Source of the DNA: an uncultured Gammaproteobacteria bacterium
GTDB taxonomy: Bacteria; Patescibacteriota; Patescibacteriia; UBA9934; CAMTUG01
NCBI GenBank assembly: GCA_964588955.1
Contig: CAZPQJ010000001.1
Coordinates: 93,572 to 157,571 of the forward strand
Direction of reading: 5' to 3'
DNA length: 64,000 bases
Every line of letters starts with the position of its first letter. Positions within the stretch are counted from its first letter, which is position 1. The position numbers and the translations under genes are program-made. Of this stretch, positions 18,496 to 28,661 are shown piece by piece. The notes beneath the pieces were generated by a model. It was not told where the DNA came from, searched no databases, and worked only from the letters and a program-made list of their open reading frames with translations.

Positions 18496-19853
18496 TAGGC
18501 GAAACGACGTTCGGCTTTGGCGTGCATCACCATGGGGGAGCCGTCGAAGCCGTATTCCTCGCGGAGGCGATTTTCAATAAAGCGTAAGTAGGATGGGTGG
18601 ACGCTGTCGGCGCGTTGGCCTTTAACGGTGAGGCTGAAGGTCGGCGGGGCGACACCGGTTTGGCGGAAGCGCAAAATGACCGGATGTTTGACGCCTTTGC
18701 CGCGACTTGGCTGGTGCTGTTTCATGATTTTTTTCATGAACAACCAGATTTCTTTTTCATCGATTTGTTTGTAGCGTTCGTTGTGTACGTGGCTGGCTGT
18801 TTCTAAAACTTTTTCCACTTTGGCACCACTTAATGCTGAAGTGAAGATAACCGGAGCCCAAGGAATGAAGGGAAGCTCTTCGGCCAAGTAGGCGAGGTAT
18901 TCGTTTTGGGTGGCGGGTGTTTTAAATTTGGTTAAGTCCCACTTGTTGGCAACGATGACAATACCCACGTTGCTTTCGACGATTTTTTCAATCAGCTTTT
19001 TTTCCTGCACGCCAATGTCGGCGTTCACGTCGATCACGAGCAGAGCGACATCGGTTTGAGGGAGCATGCCGAGGGTTTTCATGACCCCGGCAAATTCCAT
19101 GCCGCCACGTTTGCGCACCCCCGCTAGTTTGCGAATGCCGGCGGTGTCGATCAAAATGTAAGATTTGCCATCAACTTCCACCCGGGTGTCGTTCGGCTCG
19201 CGCGTAGTGTGAGCGACGGGGGAGGTAATGAAACGTTTGTGTCCGACAATCGCGTTGAGAAGCGTCGACTTTCCCACGTTTGGTGTTCCTACCACAATCA
19301 AACGGGTGGGAACGACTTCACTCACTTCTACCGGCGGCCGACCGATCTCGATCAACTTCTTCCACACAACATCAAGTAAGTCTCCTGTACCCATGCCTTG
19401 ATGAGCGGCAATGGCCATAGGCATGCCGAGTCCCAACGCTTTCCACTCATCGGATTCGGCTTTACGGCGGAGGCTCGGGGTGTCGGCTTTGTTGGCCAAG
19501 AGAAAGATCGGTTTTTTACTGCTGCGAAGTGTTTTGGCAAGGGCGCGATCATCTGGTTGCGGACCGGTTTTGACGTCCACCAAAAAGAGAATGACGTCGG
19601 CGTCGGCCACGGCGATTTTGACTTGTTCGCGAATGTCGCGGTCGAAGGGGTCGTTGCCTTTAAGATCGATGCCGCCCGTGTCTATAATGCGAGCAATGTT
19701 ACCTTGCCAAAAACAATCGGACTCGCTGCGGTCGCGAGTGGTGCCGGGAATGGGGGAGGTGAGTGCTTTGTTGGCTTCACTCAAACGGTTAAATAACGTG
19801 GATTTTCCCACGTTGGTGCGTCCGACGATGGCGATAATAGGAATACGGCTCAT
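18495..19853 (-). CDS. der: Ribosome biogenesis GTPase Der/EngA
   Basis: Two tandem GTPase domains (GRTNVGKST, GTPNVGKST) and C-terminal YLRFIENRLRE. Confidence 0.96.
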   Translation of the reverse strand: MSRIPIIAIVGRTNVGKSTLFNRLSEANKALTSPIPGTTRDRSESDCFWQGNIARIIDTGGIDLKGNDPFDRDIREQVKIAVADADVILFLVDVKTGPQPDDRALAKTLRSSKKPIFLLANKADTPSLRRKAESDEWKALGLGMPMAIAAHQGMGTGDLLDVVWKKLIEIGRPPVEVSEVVPTRLIVVGTPNVGKSTLLNAIVGHKRFITSPVAHTTREPNDTRVEVDGKSYILIDTAGIRKLAGVRKRGGMEFAGVMKTLGMLPQTDVALLVIDVNADIGVQEKKLIEKIVESNVGIVIVANKWDLTKFKTPATQNEYLAYLAEELPFIPWAPVIFTSALSGAKVEKVLETASHVHNERYKQIDEKEIWLFMKKIMKQHQPSRGKGVKHPVILRFRQTGVAPPTFSLTVKGQRADSVHPSYLRFIENRLREEYGFDGSPMVMHAKAERRFA

Positions 19854-19863
19854 ACAGATAGGG

Positions 19864-21381
19864 CTAGCGCATGACTAAACTGGCGGTGTTGCTACCGAGG
19901 ACAACCAAAAAGTCGACGTCGTCTTCGCTCACGCTGTCGGAGCTGACGGAAAGATCTGTGGGAATAATTTGGTTGGTATAAATCCATCCAGCAGCAGACA
20001 TAGACACATCGGCGGAAAGGAGATTGGCAAGAGCGGACAGTTGTTCGGGTTTGCGGCCGTTGGTGAGATCGTAAATAACCGTGTGGTCGTAGTCGCGCGA
20101 GGGGGCGTTGCTTACCCCGCTAACGCTGAACCCTTGCTTGGTGAGTAGTTGTGAGGTTTCAAAGGCCAAGCCGGCGATTTCGGTACCGTTTTGTACTTCC
20201 ACGTTTACAAATCGCGGGGCGCCATCGGTCGGTTCGTTGGTGGCGATGTTGCTTTCGTCCGTGTTGAAGATGTTGGCAGCCAAGCGAGCCACGGCACTCC
20301 AGTCATTATTTTGTGGAAGGAGAACGTAAGCGCCGTTTAAGTTTGTTGCGTAGAGCGGCCCGCTTTCGTCAAGGACGCGGTGCGTGATGGCTTCGTCCTT
20401 GAGTGAGGGAACGAAGGTAGCTAAGCGCAAAATTTCCCAACCGCTTAAATTGGTTTGCACGTGCGAGCTAATCGTTCCGAGTAAACTCGTGATGCGTGAA
20501 GGGTTGAAGAGAGTGGAACCAGAAAGGAGTTTGTCTTTTACGGCCTTCAACACTTTTTGTTGACGGGCGGCACGGGCGAAGTCGTTGCCTTCGCCGTTGG
20601 AGCCTTTGCGCGAACGGACGTACTTGAGAGCGGTGGATCCATCCATTTGCGTCCAGCCTTCTTGGAAACTGAGAATTTCGTAGCGACAGGCATAGGTCGG
20701 TACCTCGATAATAGTTCCGTCCTCGGCTGTTTGTTCGATGGTGGTGCCGCAGTCCGCGTCTTCCTTTCCTAAAATAGGATACTCGCTGTCGGTAAACGCA
20801 CGATCAACATAAATATTTACGCCGCCTAGTTTGTCGATGAACTGTTCAAAGCCGGTGAAATCCACTTTCACATAATAATCAATCGGCTGGTTTAAAATGC
20901 CGCCGATGACTTCGCTTGAGAGTTCTGGGCCATAGCCGTCTTTTTCTGCTTCGCCATAGGCATTGACACTGTTGACTTTGCGCCAGCTGTCGTATCCGGG
21001 AATCGGCACCAAGGTGTCGCGGGGAATAGAGAGCATGCCGACCTGTTTGGTGGAGGGGCGGAAACTCGAGAAGATGAGGGTGTCCGCGAGTTCGGCGCCT
21101 TCGTGTCCAGCTCCGCCAACCCCTAAGAACAAAAAGTTGACGCGGTCATCGGCTTCGCCTTTCAATAGGCGATCACCCGAGCCAACCAACCGAGCAATAG
21201 AAGATAAGAAACCGACCGTCCCGCCCTCATTGGTGCTGCTGCCCCAGGAGAAGGCCAAGCCAGCAATCGAGGTGACGAGAACTAGCACCAAGAAGACACG
21301 GGTAAACAAAAGAACGCCACGGTCTTTTGGAGTTCCGAGGTCGTATTTAGCCCGAAGCAAGTCGATTTTGATGCGATCCAT
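19864..21381 (-). CDS. LCP (LytR-CpsA-Psr) family protein with LytR_C domain
   Basis: LSIPRD, ALKYVRSR, DFARAARQQ, VEVQNGT..GLA; start re-called 10 nt after TATAAT. Confidence 0.9.
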   Translation of the reverse strand: MDRIKIDLLRAKYDLGTPKDRGVLLFTRVFLVLVLVTSIAGLAFSWGSSTNEGGTVGFLSSIARLVGSGDRLLKGEADDRVNFLFLGVGGAGHEGAELADTLIFSSFRPSTKQVGMLSIPRDTLVPIPGYDSWRKVNSVNAYGEAEKDGYGPELSSEVIGGILNQPIDYYVKVDFTGFEQFIDKLGGVNIYVDRAFTDSEYPILGKEDADCGTTIEQTAEDGTIIEVPTYACRYEILSFQEGWTQMDGSTALKYVRSRKGSNGEGNDFARAARQQKVLKAVKDKLLSGSTLFNPSRITSLLGTISSHVQTNLSGWEILRLATFVPSLKDEAITHRVLDESGPLYATNLNGAYVLLPQNNDWSAVARLAANIFNTDESNIATNEPTDGAPRFVNVEVQNGTEIAGLAFETSQLLTKQGFSVSGVSNAPSRDYDHTVIYDLTNGRKPEQLSALANLLSADVSMSAAGWIYTNQIIPTDLSVSSDSVSEDDVDFLVVLGSNTASLVMR

Positions 21382-21516
21382 AATCGAAGGCATTATAAAG
21401 GGAAAAGCGCTTGTCGTCCAGTAAAACAGTCGAGGTCTTTTAAGCAAGCGTGACGGGCTCGGTTCTCTTATTGGAACGGAGGGGTCGGGATCCTGTTAAG
21501 AGAAAAGTTGGGTTGG

Positions 21517-21550
21517 TCAGATTGTATAGGCGGGGCCACTGTGCCCCGCC
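21517..21550. repeat. 34-bp REP-like palindromic element, copy 2
   Basis: TCAGATTGTATA-GGCGGGGC-CACTGT-GCCCCGCC; 32/34 identical to 7992-8025. Confidence 0.85.
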
Positions 21551-21896
21551 GTGTTTCTAAATCGGTATCGTACAGATATGCTAGAGATATCATCCTGGAG
21601 TCTTTCACGATATACCTAGCCAAAGTAGGTTAGAAGCACACCCTCTCCAGAACCTCGTTTTTCAAACAGGTGCATGTTGGTAGGTGGTTTGTATAGACAA
21701 AAGCTATACAAACCATACCTAATCCGAACCTATGCATAAAACAACTCAACCGGAAGTCATACATCCAGTCGTGATAGATAATCACAATAGCTATTTCCTT
21801 TCCTTCATTTCTCCTACTTTCTCCACCTTTCTCTTTAAAAGGCTTCAGATTCGTCTCGCGAGAAAACAAAAACCCTTTCCGAAGAAAGAGTCTTTG

Positions 21897-21973
21897 TGGT
21901 GGGCGTTGGTGGATTTGAACCACCGACCTTTGCAATGTGAATGCAACGCTCTAACCAACTGAGCTAAACGCCC
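21897..21973 (-). tRNA. tRNA-Val(CAC)
   Basis: GGGCGTTTAGCTCAGTTGGTTAGAGC; anticodon arm TTGCA-TTCACAT-TGCAA; CCA end. Confidence 0.94.
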
Positions 21974-22062
21974 GAGCGGGGAAAAAATACCGTATTGTCA
22001 GCGGTTTGGCAAGAGGCCTGGCGATTCACCATTTTCTGCGGGGCGTGTATCATAGGCATATT

Positions 22063-23388
22063 ATGCAAGTTATCAAATTGGCCGTTCAAGGATTAGATCG
22101 TGCGCGTCGCGTCGCGGAGGCGCGCCAGCAGCTGATTGGCCAACGGGGAATTGTTCGTGTTGATGTCAATACGGAAAAACAATTGATGCGCGTGGTGAGT
22201 ACGGAAGCAATTGATGAAGCAACGGTACGTGATTTGCTGAACGTGCAATCTGCCGCTGGCGTTTGCTCTGTGCCACTCGCCAAGCCCACGGTCGTGCAAC
22301 TGATCGGGATTTTTGCCGTGGTGCTCGGTGTCGGTTTTGTGTTTTCCAAACTTGGCTGGTTGCGTCCCGAGGTTGCGGTTGCTGGCGGGCTGGGATTTGG
22401 CGCGGTGTTTGTGATGGGACTCATCGCCGCCTCGTCGTCGTGCCTCGCACTGGCTGGAGGACTGATGCTTTCTCTTGTAACGTCGTATCGCCGACGCGGA
22501 CCCGTGGTGCAGTTTGTTCTCGGACGACTCGCGTCGTATGGTTTGCTTGGGGGAGTGATTGGGTTGATTGGAAAGACGTTTGTTCCGTCGCCAGCTGTCC
22601 TTGGGGGGATCACCATCGCGGCAGCTCTTTATATGATAGTGACGGGCTTGGGTATGTTGGAGATCGCCCCATCTTGGTTAAAACGCATCACGCCGACGGT
22701 TCCGCGCTCACTGACAAGCAGGATTTTATCAGCGGAGGGAAAGACCGGATGGATCATGCCGTTTGCTTTGGGGGCGGCAACCTTTTTTCTTCCGTGTGGA
22801 TTTACTCAGGCTTTACAAGTCTACGCGTTGACCACGGGTTCCTTTGCGGTCAGTGCCATGCTGTTGTTTGGCTTCGCTCTTGGGACAACACCGGGATTAC
22901 TTTTGTTAGGTTTCGCTTCCAGTTCGTTAAAGGGGAGAACGGCTCAGCATTTTTATCGTTTTGCTGGAGCGTTGATCGTGGTGCTCGGTGTCACGAGCGT
23001 GGTCAACGGCTTTACGATTCTTGGAGTCAATGTGCCGCGTATTTCTTTTGTGGAATCCGACACGGCGTATCGTGGCAGTCGTGTGGCCGATCCGAACGTC
23101 ATCGATAAAGGAAGTGTGCAATTCATCTCCCTTGCTTTGATCGATTCGGCTCCCTACTATGCTCCAAGCGATGAATATACGGTGAAAGCAGGGGAGCTGG
23201 TACGCATGCAAATTACCGGTGACGCTGGTGGGTGTCGGAGTATCTTTCAAATTCCTGGTGCGGGGGTAAGTGTGCCGCTCACGAAGGCGGTCAACACGGT
23301 TGAGTTCACTCCAACTTCTCCGGGAGATTTTGTCTTTAGTTGTTCCATGGGTATGTATCGCGGTACCCTGCATGTTGTCGCATCATAA
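22063..23388 (+). CDS. DsbD_2/TauE-like membrane protein with HMA-like N-terminus and cupredoxin-like C-terminus
   Basis: SSCLALAGG, GRLASY, FFLPCGFTQALQ, FALGT; C-terminal FTPT..G.F.FSCSMGMYRG. Confidence 0.85.
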   Translation: MQVIKLAVQGLDRARRVAEARQQLIGQRGIVRVDVNTEKQLMRVVSTEAIDEATVRDLLNVQSAAGVCSVPLAKPTVVQLIGIFAVVLGVGFVFSKLGWLRPEVAVAGGLGFGAVFVMGLIAASSSCLALAGGLMLSLVTSYRRRGPVVQFVLGRLASYGLLGGVIGLIGKTFVPSPAVLGGITIAAALYMIVTGLGMLEIAPSWLKRITPTVPRSLTSRILSAEGKTGWIMPFALGAATFFLPCGFTQALQVYALTTGSFAVSAMLLFGFALGTTPGLLLLGFASSSLKGRTAQHFYRFAGALIVVLGVTSVVNGFTILGVNVPRISFVESDTAYRGSRVADPNVIDKGSVQFISLALIDSAPYYAPSDEYTVKAGELVRMQITGDAGGCRSIFQIPGAGVSVPLTKAVNTVEFTPTSPGDFVFSCSMGMYRGTLHVVAS

Positions 23389-23396
23389 ATATCTTT

Positions 23397-23621
23397 ATGC
23401 AAGAAGACGTTCCCTTCGATCCAGATTTTGACGCGGTGCCGCAAACAGACGCGTCCGTTCGTTCCGAGGCTCCTCTTTCCTCCGTCGTTGATATGCTTGG
23501 TCCCCGCCGTGCCTTTTTTGCTGGCTTCATTCTGTCGTGTCTGGTGCTCATGAGTATCGGTTTCGCCGCATTCCTTTCCACTTTGCTCTCGCTCGGTTCC
23601 GTTACTATTCCTGGCGGCTAG
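23397..23621 (+). CDS. Small membrane protein
   Basis: 74-aa ORF filling the gap; acidic N-terminus followed by a hydrophobic helix. Confidence 0.55.
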   Translation: MQEDVPFDPDFDAVPQTDASVRSEAPLSSVVDMLGPRRAFFAGFILSCLVLMSIGFAAFLSTLLSLGSVTIPGG

Positions 23622-23675
23622 ACACACGTCTTGATCGGTGCTATCCTGACGTCATTATTCTCTCTTTTTTTCTTC

Positions 23676-24290
23676 ATGTTTTTTCGCCGTCGCGAGCCGT
23701 CACTTAACACTTTTTGGCACCGCACCTTTGGCCCAACGGTCGGTGCTGTTGCCGTTTTCTTGCTGGAGATTATTCAAATCATGGCGATCGCTGCGGCGAT
23801 CATTATCCCGATTCGTTATTTTTTGATCCAGCCGTTTTACGTGAAGGGGGCATCCATGGAACCAGAGTTTTACGACCATGAATATTTAATCATCGATGAA
23901 CTTTCCTATCGCTTAAACGATCCTACGCGCGGGGACATTATTGTCTTTCGTTACCCTCGCAACCCGAGCGAGTTCTTTATTAAGCGTGTGATTGGGTTGC
24001 CTGGGGAAACGGTTCAGGTTGATGATGGTCGCATTACCATTGTGAACACCGAGCACCCGGAAGGGGTGCAACTTGACGAATCGTATTTAGACGTGCAATT
24101 TAGCGCCGGACACAAAGAGATTCAGCTTGGCAGCGATGAATACTTTGTGATGGGAGACAATCGCGATGCGAGTCTCGATTCCCGTAGTTTTGGAGCCGTA
24201 AAACGCGACCTGATTGTGGGGAAGGTATGGCTACGCGGTTTGCCGCTAAATAAAGTGACTATTTTTCATGCCCCGGGCTATAATCTCTAA
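23676..24290 (+). CDS. lepB: Signal peptidase I
   Basis: GASMEP, FIKRVIGLPGE, YFVMGDNRDASLDSR. Confidence 0.95.
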   Translation: MFFRRREPSLNTFWHRTFGPTVGAVAVFLLEIIQIMAIAAAIIIPIRYFLIQPFYVKGASMEPEFYDHEYLIIDELSYRLNDPTRGDIIVFRYPRNPSEFFIKRVIGLPGETVQVDDGRITIVNTEHPEGVQLDESYLDVQFSAGHKEIQLGSDEYFVMGDNRDASLDSRSFGAVKRDLIVGKVWLRGLPLNKVTIFHAPGYNL

Positions 24291-24296
24291 CGCTGT

Positions 24297-25679
24297 ATGC
24301 CAAAGAAACCATTGACGGAACAAAAGGAGAAGGAGAAAGACGAGGAGCCAAAAGAGTTACGAGAGGCCAAGGTGGATGCCGGATCCGTTCCTGTAAAAAA
24401 AGGAAAGACCCCTCAGCTTTTGCGAGGTTTCCGTGATATCTTGCCGGAAGACCAGCCGTACTGGGACGCCGTGCATAAGACCGGACAAGCCTTGGCTGAA
24501 GCCTATGGCTATGATCGTATTGAATTACCATTGGTAGAGTCTTCTGATTTATTTGCTCGTTCGGTCGGTAAGCAAACGGACATTGTAGAAAAGGAGATGT
24601 TTCAGTTCCCGGATTCTTCAGGGGTCAATATCGTTTTGCGACCGGAAGCCACGGCTTCTTGCGCTCGTGCCTACATTGAACACGGCATGGTCGATCGTCC
24701 GCAACCAGTGAAAATGTATTATGAGGGTCCAATGTTCCGTTACGAACGTCCACAGGCTGGACGCTATCGCCAGTTTTTTCAAATTGGCTTTGAGTCGTTT
24801 GGTTCGGCCGATCCGGTAGTGGATGCGGAAATGATTATTTTGGGAAACGTGTTGTATACCGAGCTCGGCATCCCCGTGGTTGCTCACGTTAACTCCCTTG
24901 GTACTCCGGAAAGTCGCACGCAGTACAAGGTGGAATTGGTTGCGCACTATCGCAAGCACAAAAACGAAACCTGTGAAGATTGTAAGCGCCGCATTTTGAA
25001 GAACCCGCTGCGCGTTCTTGATTGTAAGGAAGAAGGATGCCAGCCGATTAAAGAAAGCGCTCCGCAGATTCTTGATTTCTTAGATGAAGCGTCCAAAGAG
25101 CACTTCATGAAAGTGTTGGAGTATTTAGATGAAATGGGTGTGCCGTATGTGTTGACGCCTCACTTGGTACGCGGTCTCGACTATTACGCTCATACGGTGT
25201 TTGAGTTCTATCAAGCGGATCAAGAAGAAGGACGCCGCCAAAGCGCCCTCGGTGGCGGTGGTCGTTACGATGGGTTGTGTGAAGTGCTTGGTGGACGCCC
25301 GACGCCAGCGTGCGGATTTGCTCCCGGCGTTGACCGTATGATGTCTGCCATGAAAGAAAAAGGATTGCCGGGCATGGTGCGTCAACCAGCCGTCTTTTTG
25401 GCGCCGCTTGGAGACGCCGCACGTAAGAAAGCATTTCCTTTGTTCGAGCGCATGCGCAAAGCAGGGGTGAGTGCCACGCAGTCATTTGGTAAGTCTGCCC
25501 TCAAGGCACAGCTGGAAGCGGCCGATAAAGCCAAAGTGCGCTACACCTTAATCCTTGGACAAAAAGAAGTTCTTGATGGGACAATCATCATTCGCGACAT
25601 GGAATCTGGCGCCCAAGAAACGGTAGACAACGCCAAGGTGGTTACCATTTTGCAAAAGAAATTAGAAAAAGCGATGTAG
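24297..25679 (+). CDS. hisS: Histidyl-tRNA synthetase
   Basis: LRPEATA, FRYERPQAGRYRQF, LVRGLDYY, GGGRYDGL. Confidence 0.97.
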   Translation: MPKKPLTEQKEKEKDEEPKELREAKVDAGSVPVKKGKTPQLLRGFRDILPEDQPYWDAVHKTGQALAEAYGYDRIELPLVESSDLFARSVGKQTDIVEKEMFQFPDSSGVNIVLRPEATASCARAYIEHGMVDRPQPVKMYYEGPMFRYERPQAGRYRQFFQIGFESFGSADPVVDAEMIILGNVLYTELGIPVVAHVNSLGTPESRTQYKVELVAHYRKHKNETCEDCKRRILKNPLRVLDCKEEGCQPIKESAPQILDFLDEASKEHFMKVLEYLDEMGVPYVLTPHLVRGLDYYAHTVFEFYQADQEEGRRQSALGGGGRYDGLCEVLGGRPTPACGFAPGVDRMMSAMKEKGLPGMVRQPAVFLAPLGDAARKKAFPLFERMRKAGVSATQSFGKSALKAQLEAADKAKVRYTLILGQKEVLDGTIIIRDMESGAQETVDNAKVVTILQKKLEKAM

Positions 25680-25685
25680 GAAACA

Positions 25686-25872
25686 CCAACAGGCTGAGGC
25701 TCGCTGACCCCCTCTTTTCGTACTCGGCACTTATTAGCTAGAAGCCTGCGTGCGAAAAGAGAACTCGTCAGCTCGCTGTAGCCTGTTGGCTCCCCGAAGC
25801 GGATGGGGCTTCTGAGCTCGAACCGTTGGTCGGCTGTTCTGCTCTGCGAAGCAACGTCTGCCCCATCCGCTT
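25686..25872. other. Two tandem long imperfect hairpins (structured element or candidate ncRNA)
   Basis: CCAACAGGCT/AGCCTGTTGG (25686-25789) and AAGCGGATGGGGC/GCCCCATCCGCTT (25797-25872). Confidence 0.6.
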
Positions 25873-25950
25873 GGAAAGCCTCTCTGCTTGACTGTTTTGC
25901 TGACGTTATGATAGTCTTCCGACACCTAGAAATGAGATGTATAAACACCT

Positions 25951-26193
25951 GTGGTAGAAATTAAACGCAAAAAAGGGGAAAGCTTCGAAGCCTTGCTTCG
26001 CCGTTTTACCCAACGTACCCAGTCGAGCGGCGTCATTTTGGAAGTGCGCAAACGCAAGCACTACATGAAGAAGCCGACCAAAGCGAAGCTCAAGGATTCA
26101 GCCCTTAGCCGTATCGCCAGCAAAGCCAAACGTGATTACTTGGAAAAGATCGGCATGCTGCCGGAAGAAAAGAAAAAGTTCGGTCGACGTTAG
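25951..26193 (+). CDS. rpsU: 30S ribosomal protein S21
   Basis: GESFEALLRRF..SG...EVRKRKHYMKKPTK; upstream of yqeY. Confidence 0.85.
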   Translation: MVEIKRKKGESFEALLRRFTQRTQSSGVILEVRKRKHYMKKPTKAKLKDSALSRIASKAKRDYLEKIGMLPEEKKKFGRR

Positions 26194-26202
26194 ATCCGCA
26201 AA

Positions 26203-26239
26203 GAAAACAAACCCGCCAGCACGGCGGGTTTTGTCTTTC
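26203..26239 (+). terminator. Terminator after rpsU
   Basis: AAACCCGCC-AGCAC-GGCGGGTTT followed by TGTCTTT. Confidence 0.75.
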
Positions 26240-26277
26240 CAGATGTGTTATACTGTGGAAAAATTATCCCCATACGT

Positions 26278-26724
26278 ATGAGTTTGTTGGAACAAATTAG
26301 CGACGACATGAAGACCGCGATGAAGGAGAAGTCTGAGCAAGCGTTGTCCACCTTACGGATGCTTAAGTCGGCACTGAAGAATAAGCAGATTGAATTGATT
26401 CGCGAGCTGAATGAAGAAGAAATTTTGGCGGTCATTCAAACTCAGGTGAAGCAGTTGAACGAGTCGCTCGACGGCGCCATCAAGGCTGGCCGCACGGAAT
26501 TGGAAGAAAAAGCCAAAGCGGAGCTCGCGGTGCTGAAGTCCTACTTGCCAGCGGAACTTTCCGACGAGGAGCTCACCGCGGCTGTGCGCGAAGTGATGAA
26601 GGACGCTGGTGACTTAGCTCAAGACGTCGGCAAGCTCATGGGGCTCGTGATGGCCAAAGTGAAAGGGCGTGCTAACGGACAGAAAGTGCGAGAGATCGTG
26701 GAAAAAATTCGTGAAGAGGTGTAA
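26278..26724 (+). CDS. GatB/YqeY domain protein
   Basis: DMKTAMK..LSTLRMLKS, YLPAELSDEEL, GKLMGLVM..KGRANG. Confidence 0.93.
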   Translation: MSLLEQISDDMKTAMKEKSEQALSTLRMLKSALKNKQIELIRELNEEEILAVIQTQVKQLNESLDGAIKAGRTELEEKAKAELAVLKSYLPAELSDEELTAAVREVMKDAGDLAQDVGKLMGLVMAKVKGRANGQKVREIVEKIREEV

Positions 26725-26751
26725 ACTATTCTTGTACCTGACGCTTGTTAC

Positions 26752-28659
26752 ATGCTTGCAAAGCGTTCATCATTTTTACGCCTGGGAGGAGCCATCGGTA
26801 TGCTGGCCCTGTTTGTTGTTTTTGCGTTACAACCCGCTTCAGCCATTGCTGCCGACAGTCTGAATACCGTTGGTACAACGAGCGGTCTTGGCAACACCGA
26901 TTTGCTGACCATCATTGGCAACATCATTAATATCTTTTTGGGTCTGCTTGGCGTGGTCTTTTTGGTGCTCACCATTTACGCCGGGTTCTTGTGGATGACG
27001 TCGCAAGGCGATGAGGAGGTGGTGACCAAAGCGAAGAATATTATAAAATCGGCGACGATTGGATTGGTTCTGTGTTTAGCAGCTTTCGCCATTGCAACGT
27101 TTGTCATCAATTTATTGACTTCGGCGATTTTAGGAGGAGACAATGATACGCCGACGGGTCCAACGCCGGAATTGTTTTCCGACGCGTTGGGCAGTGGTGG
27201 TATTGAAGATCATTATCCGGATCGTAACGCGACAGACATTGCTCGCAATACCAAAATTTTAGTGACCTTTAAAAATCAGATTTACGTCCCCGCCTTTATT
27301 GTTGGATACGACGCTGGAGAGGATGCGACGATTGTTAGCGACGACACAGCTCCGGCAACAGCCAACGTAAACACCGGGAATTTTACCCTTTCCTGCGTGG
27401 CGGAAGATGGCACAGAAACAACCTATGGGTCGACGGATATCACCGTTTCTTTTACGGATGATTTAAAAACGTTTGTGTTTGACCCACCTATTTTGGGTTC
27501 CGCGCTTGCCCCTACTGATTGTACGGTGTTGCTGTCGAGCAACATTCTCACGGCCACGGGAGGGGATGCGATTGGTGCCAATTATGAGTGGTCCTTTCAG
27601 GTTTCCACTGAATTGGATTTAACTCCCCCGACGGTGGTGAACGTCATTCCTGGCGACGGCGATTCCGGTTACGGCAGAAACATCACTACACAAATTACCT
27701 TTAATGAAGCGGTTGATCCTACTACGGCTTCCGGTACCTACTCTTCAGCCGCTGGAGCTTTTGACAAGATTGTCATCTCTGCTGATCAAAGTGATCCACC
27801 GAGCGGATCGAAGACGGCCGTTGAAGGAACCTATGTACTCTCGAGCGGCTACAAAGTGGTGGAATTTACGCCGGCAGCCAGTTGTGGTGCAGATGTAGTG
27901 AATTCTTGCGGCGTGGCCATGTATTGTTTGCCGGGTCCGACCGATGAGGAGATGCGCGCGGGCCAGGAGGAGGAGATTGATTTGCGTGTTAAAGCGGCGA
28001 GCCTTGAAAGTCCCGTGTCGAGTGACGCTCCGGCTGCGGCGAACGTGCCCTACACAGGCGTGGCGGATTTGGCGGGCAATGCCTTAGATGGCAACGACGA
28101 TGGCACCGCTGGCGACGATTACTCCGAGTCGTTCAGTGTTACCAATGAAATTGTTTCTACGCCGCCGGGCATTGAAACCGTTTCTCCAAGCGTTCTTGAA
28201 CCGGACGTCAATTTGGATCAATCGGTGGTGGTGTTGTGGGATACCTTTATGCGTGCTTCGACGCTCACCAACGCCTATGTTTCCATCGTCGCCAATCCGG
28301 ATCATGAAATGTCCTACGTCAGTCGTGTTGCAACCGTGGATGCCGATGGTGTGGACGTGGCCTCCAGTGGCGGAACGGCCGTTGGAAGCGCCGTAACGAT
28401 TGTTCATGGAACCTTTCTAGAATCTATTGAAGATGATCCTTCGACTTCACCAAAAAATGAAGCCGTGTCTCAATTGTATTATCCGATCTTGCCGGACGAC
28501 ATTCAGAGTTTGTATCAAAACTGTTTTTATCCCGCTTCTGGACCGGGTGCATCAGAGTCATCTACCTGCGACGGCACGGCCAATAATCCCAACTGTTGTA
28601 ATGGAACAGCCACATCGACGCCGTTCAATCAATCAACCTACGTTTGCGGATCACCGTAA
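26752..28659 (+). CDS. VirB2/TrbC-like pilin N-terminus fused to Ig-like domains
   Basis: Signal peptide, IINIFLGLLG..IYAGFLWMTSQGDEE..KAKNII..ATIGL; P-x-V..P..ITFNEAVD Ig-like repeats. Confidence 0.8.
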   Translation: MLAKRSSFLRLGGAIGMLALFVVFALQPASAIAADSLNTVGTTSGLGNTDLLTIIGNIINIFLGLLGVVFLVLTIYAGFLWMTSQGDEEVVTKAKNIIKSATIGLVLCLAAFAIATFVINLLTSAILGGDNDTPTGPTPELFSDALGSGGIEDHYPDRNATDIARNTKILVTFKNQIYVPAFIVGYDAGEDATIVSDDTAPATANVNTGNFTLSCVAEDGTETTYGSTDITVSFTDDLKTFVFDPPILGSALAPTDCTVLLSSNILTATGGDAIGANYEWSFQVSTELDLTPPTVVNVIPGDGDSGYGRNITTQITFNEAVDPTTASGTYSSAAGAFDKIVISADQSDPPSGSKTAVEGTYVLSSGYKVVEFTPAASCGADVVNSCGVAMYCLPGPTDEEMRAGQEEEIDLRVKAASLESPVSSDAPAAANVPYTGVADLAGNALDGNDDGTAGDDYSESFSVTNEIVSTPPGIETVSPSVLEPDVNLDQSVVVLWDTFMRASTLTNAYVSIVANPDHEMSYVSRVATVDADGVDVASSGGTAVGSAVTIVHGTFLESIEDDPSTSPKNEAVSQLYYPILPDDIQSLYQNCFYPASGPGASESSTCDGTANNPNCCNGTATSTPFNQSTYVCGSP

Positions 28660-28661
28660 CT

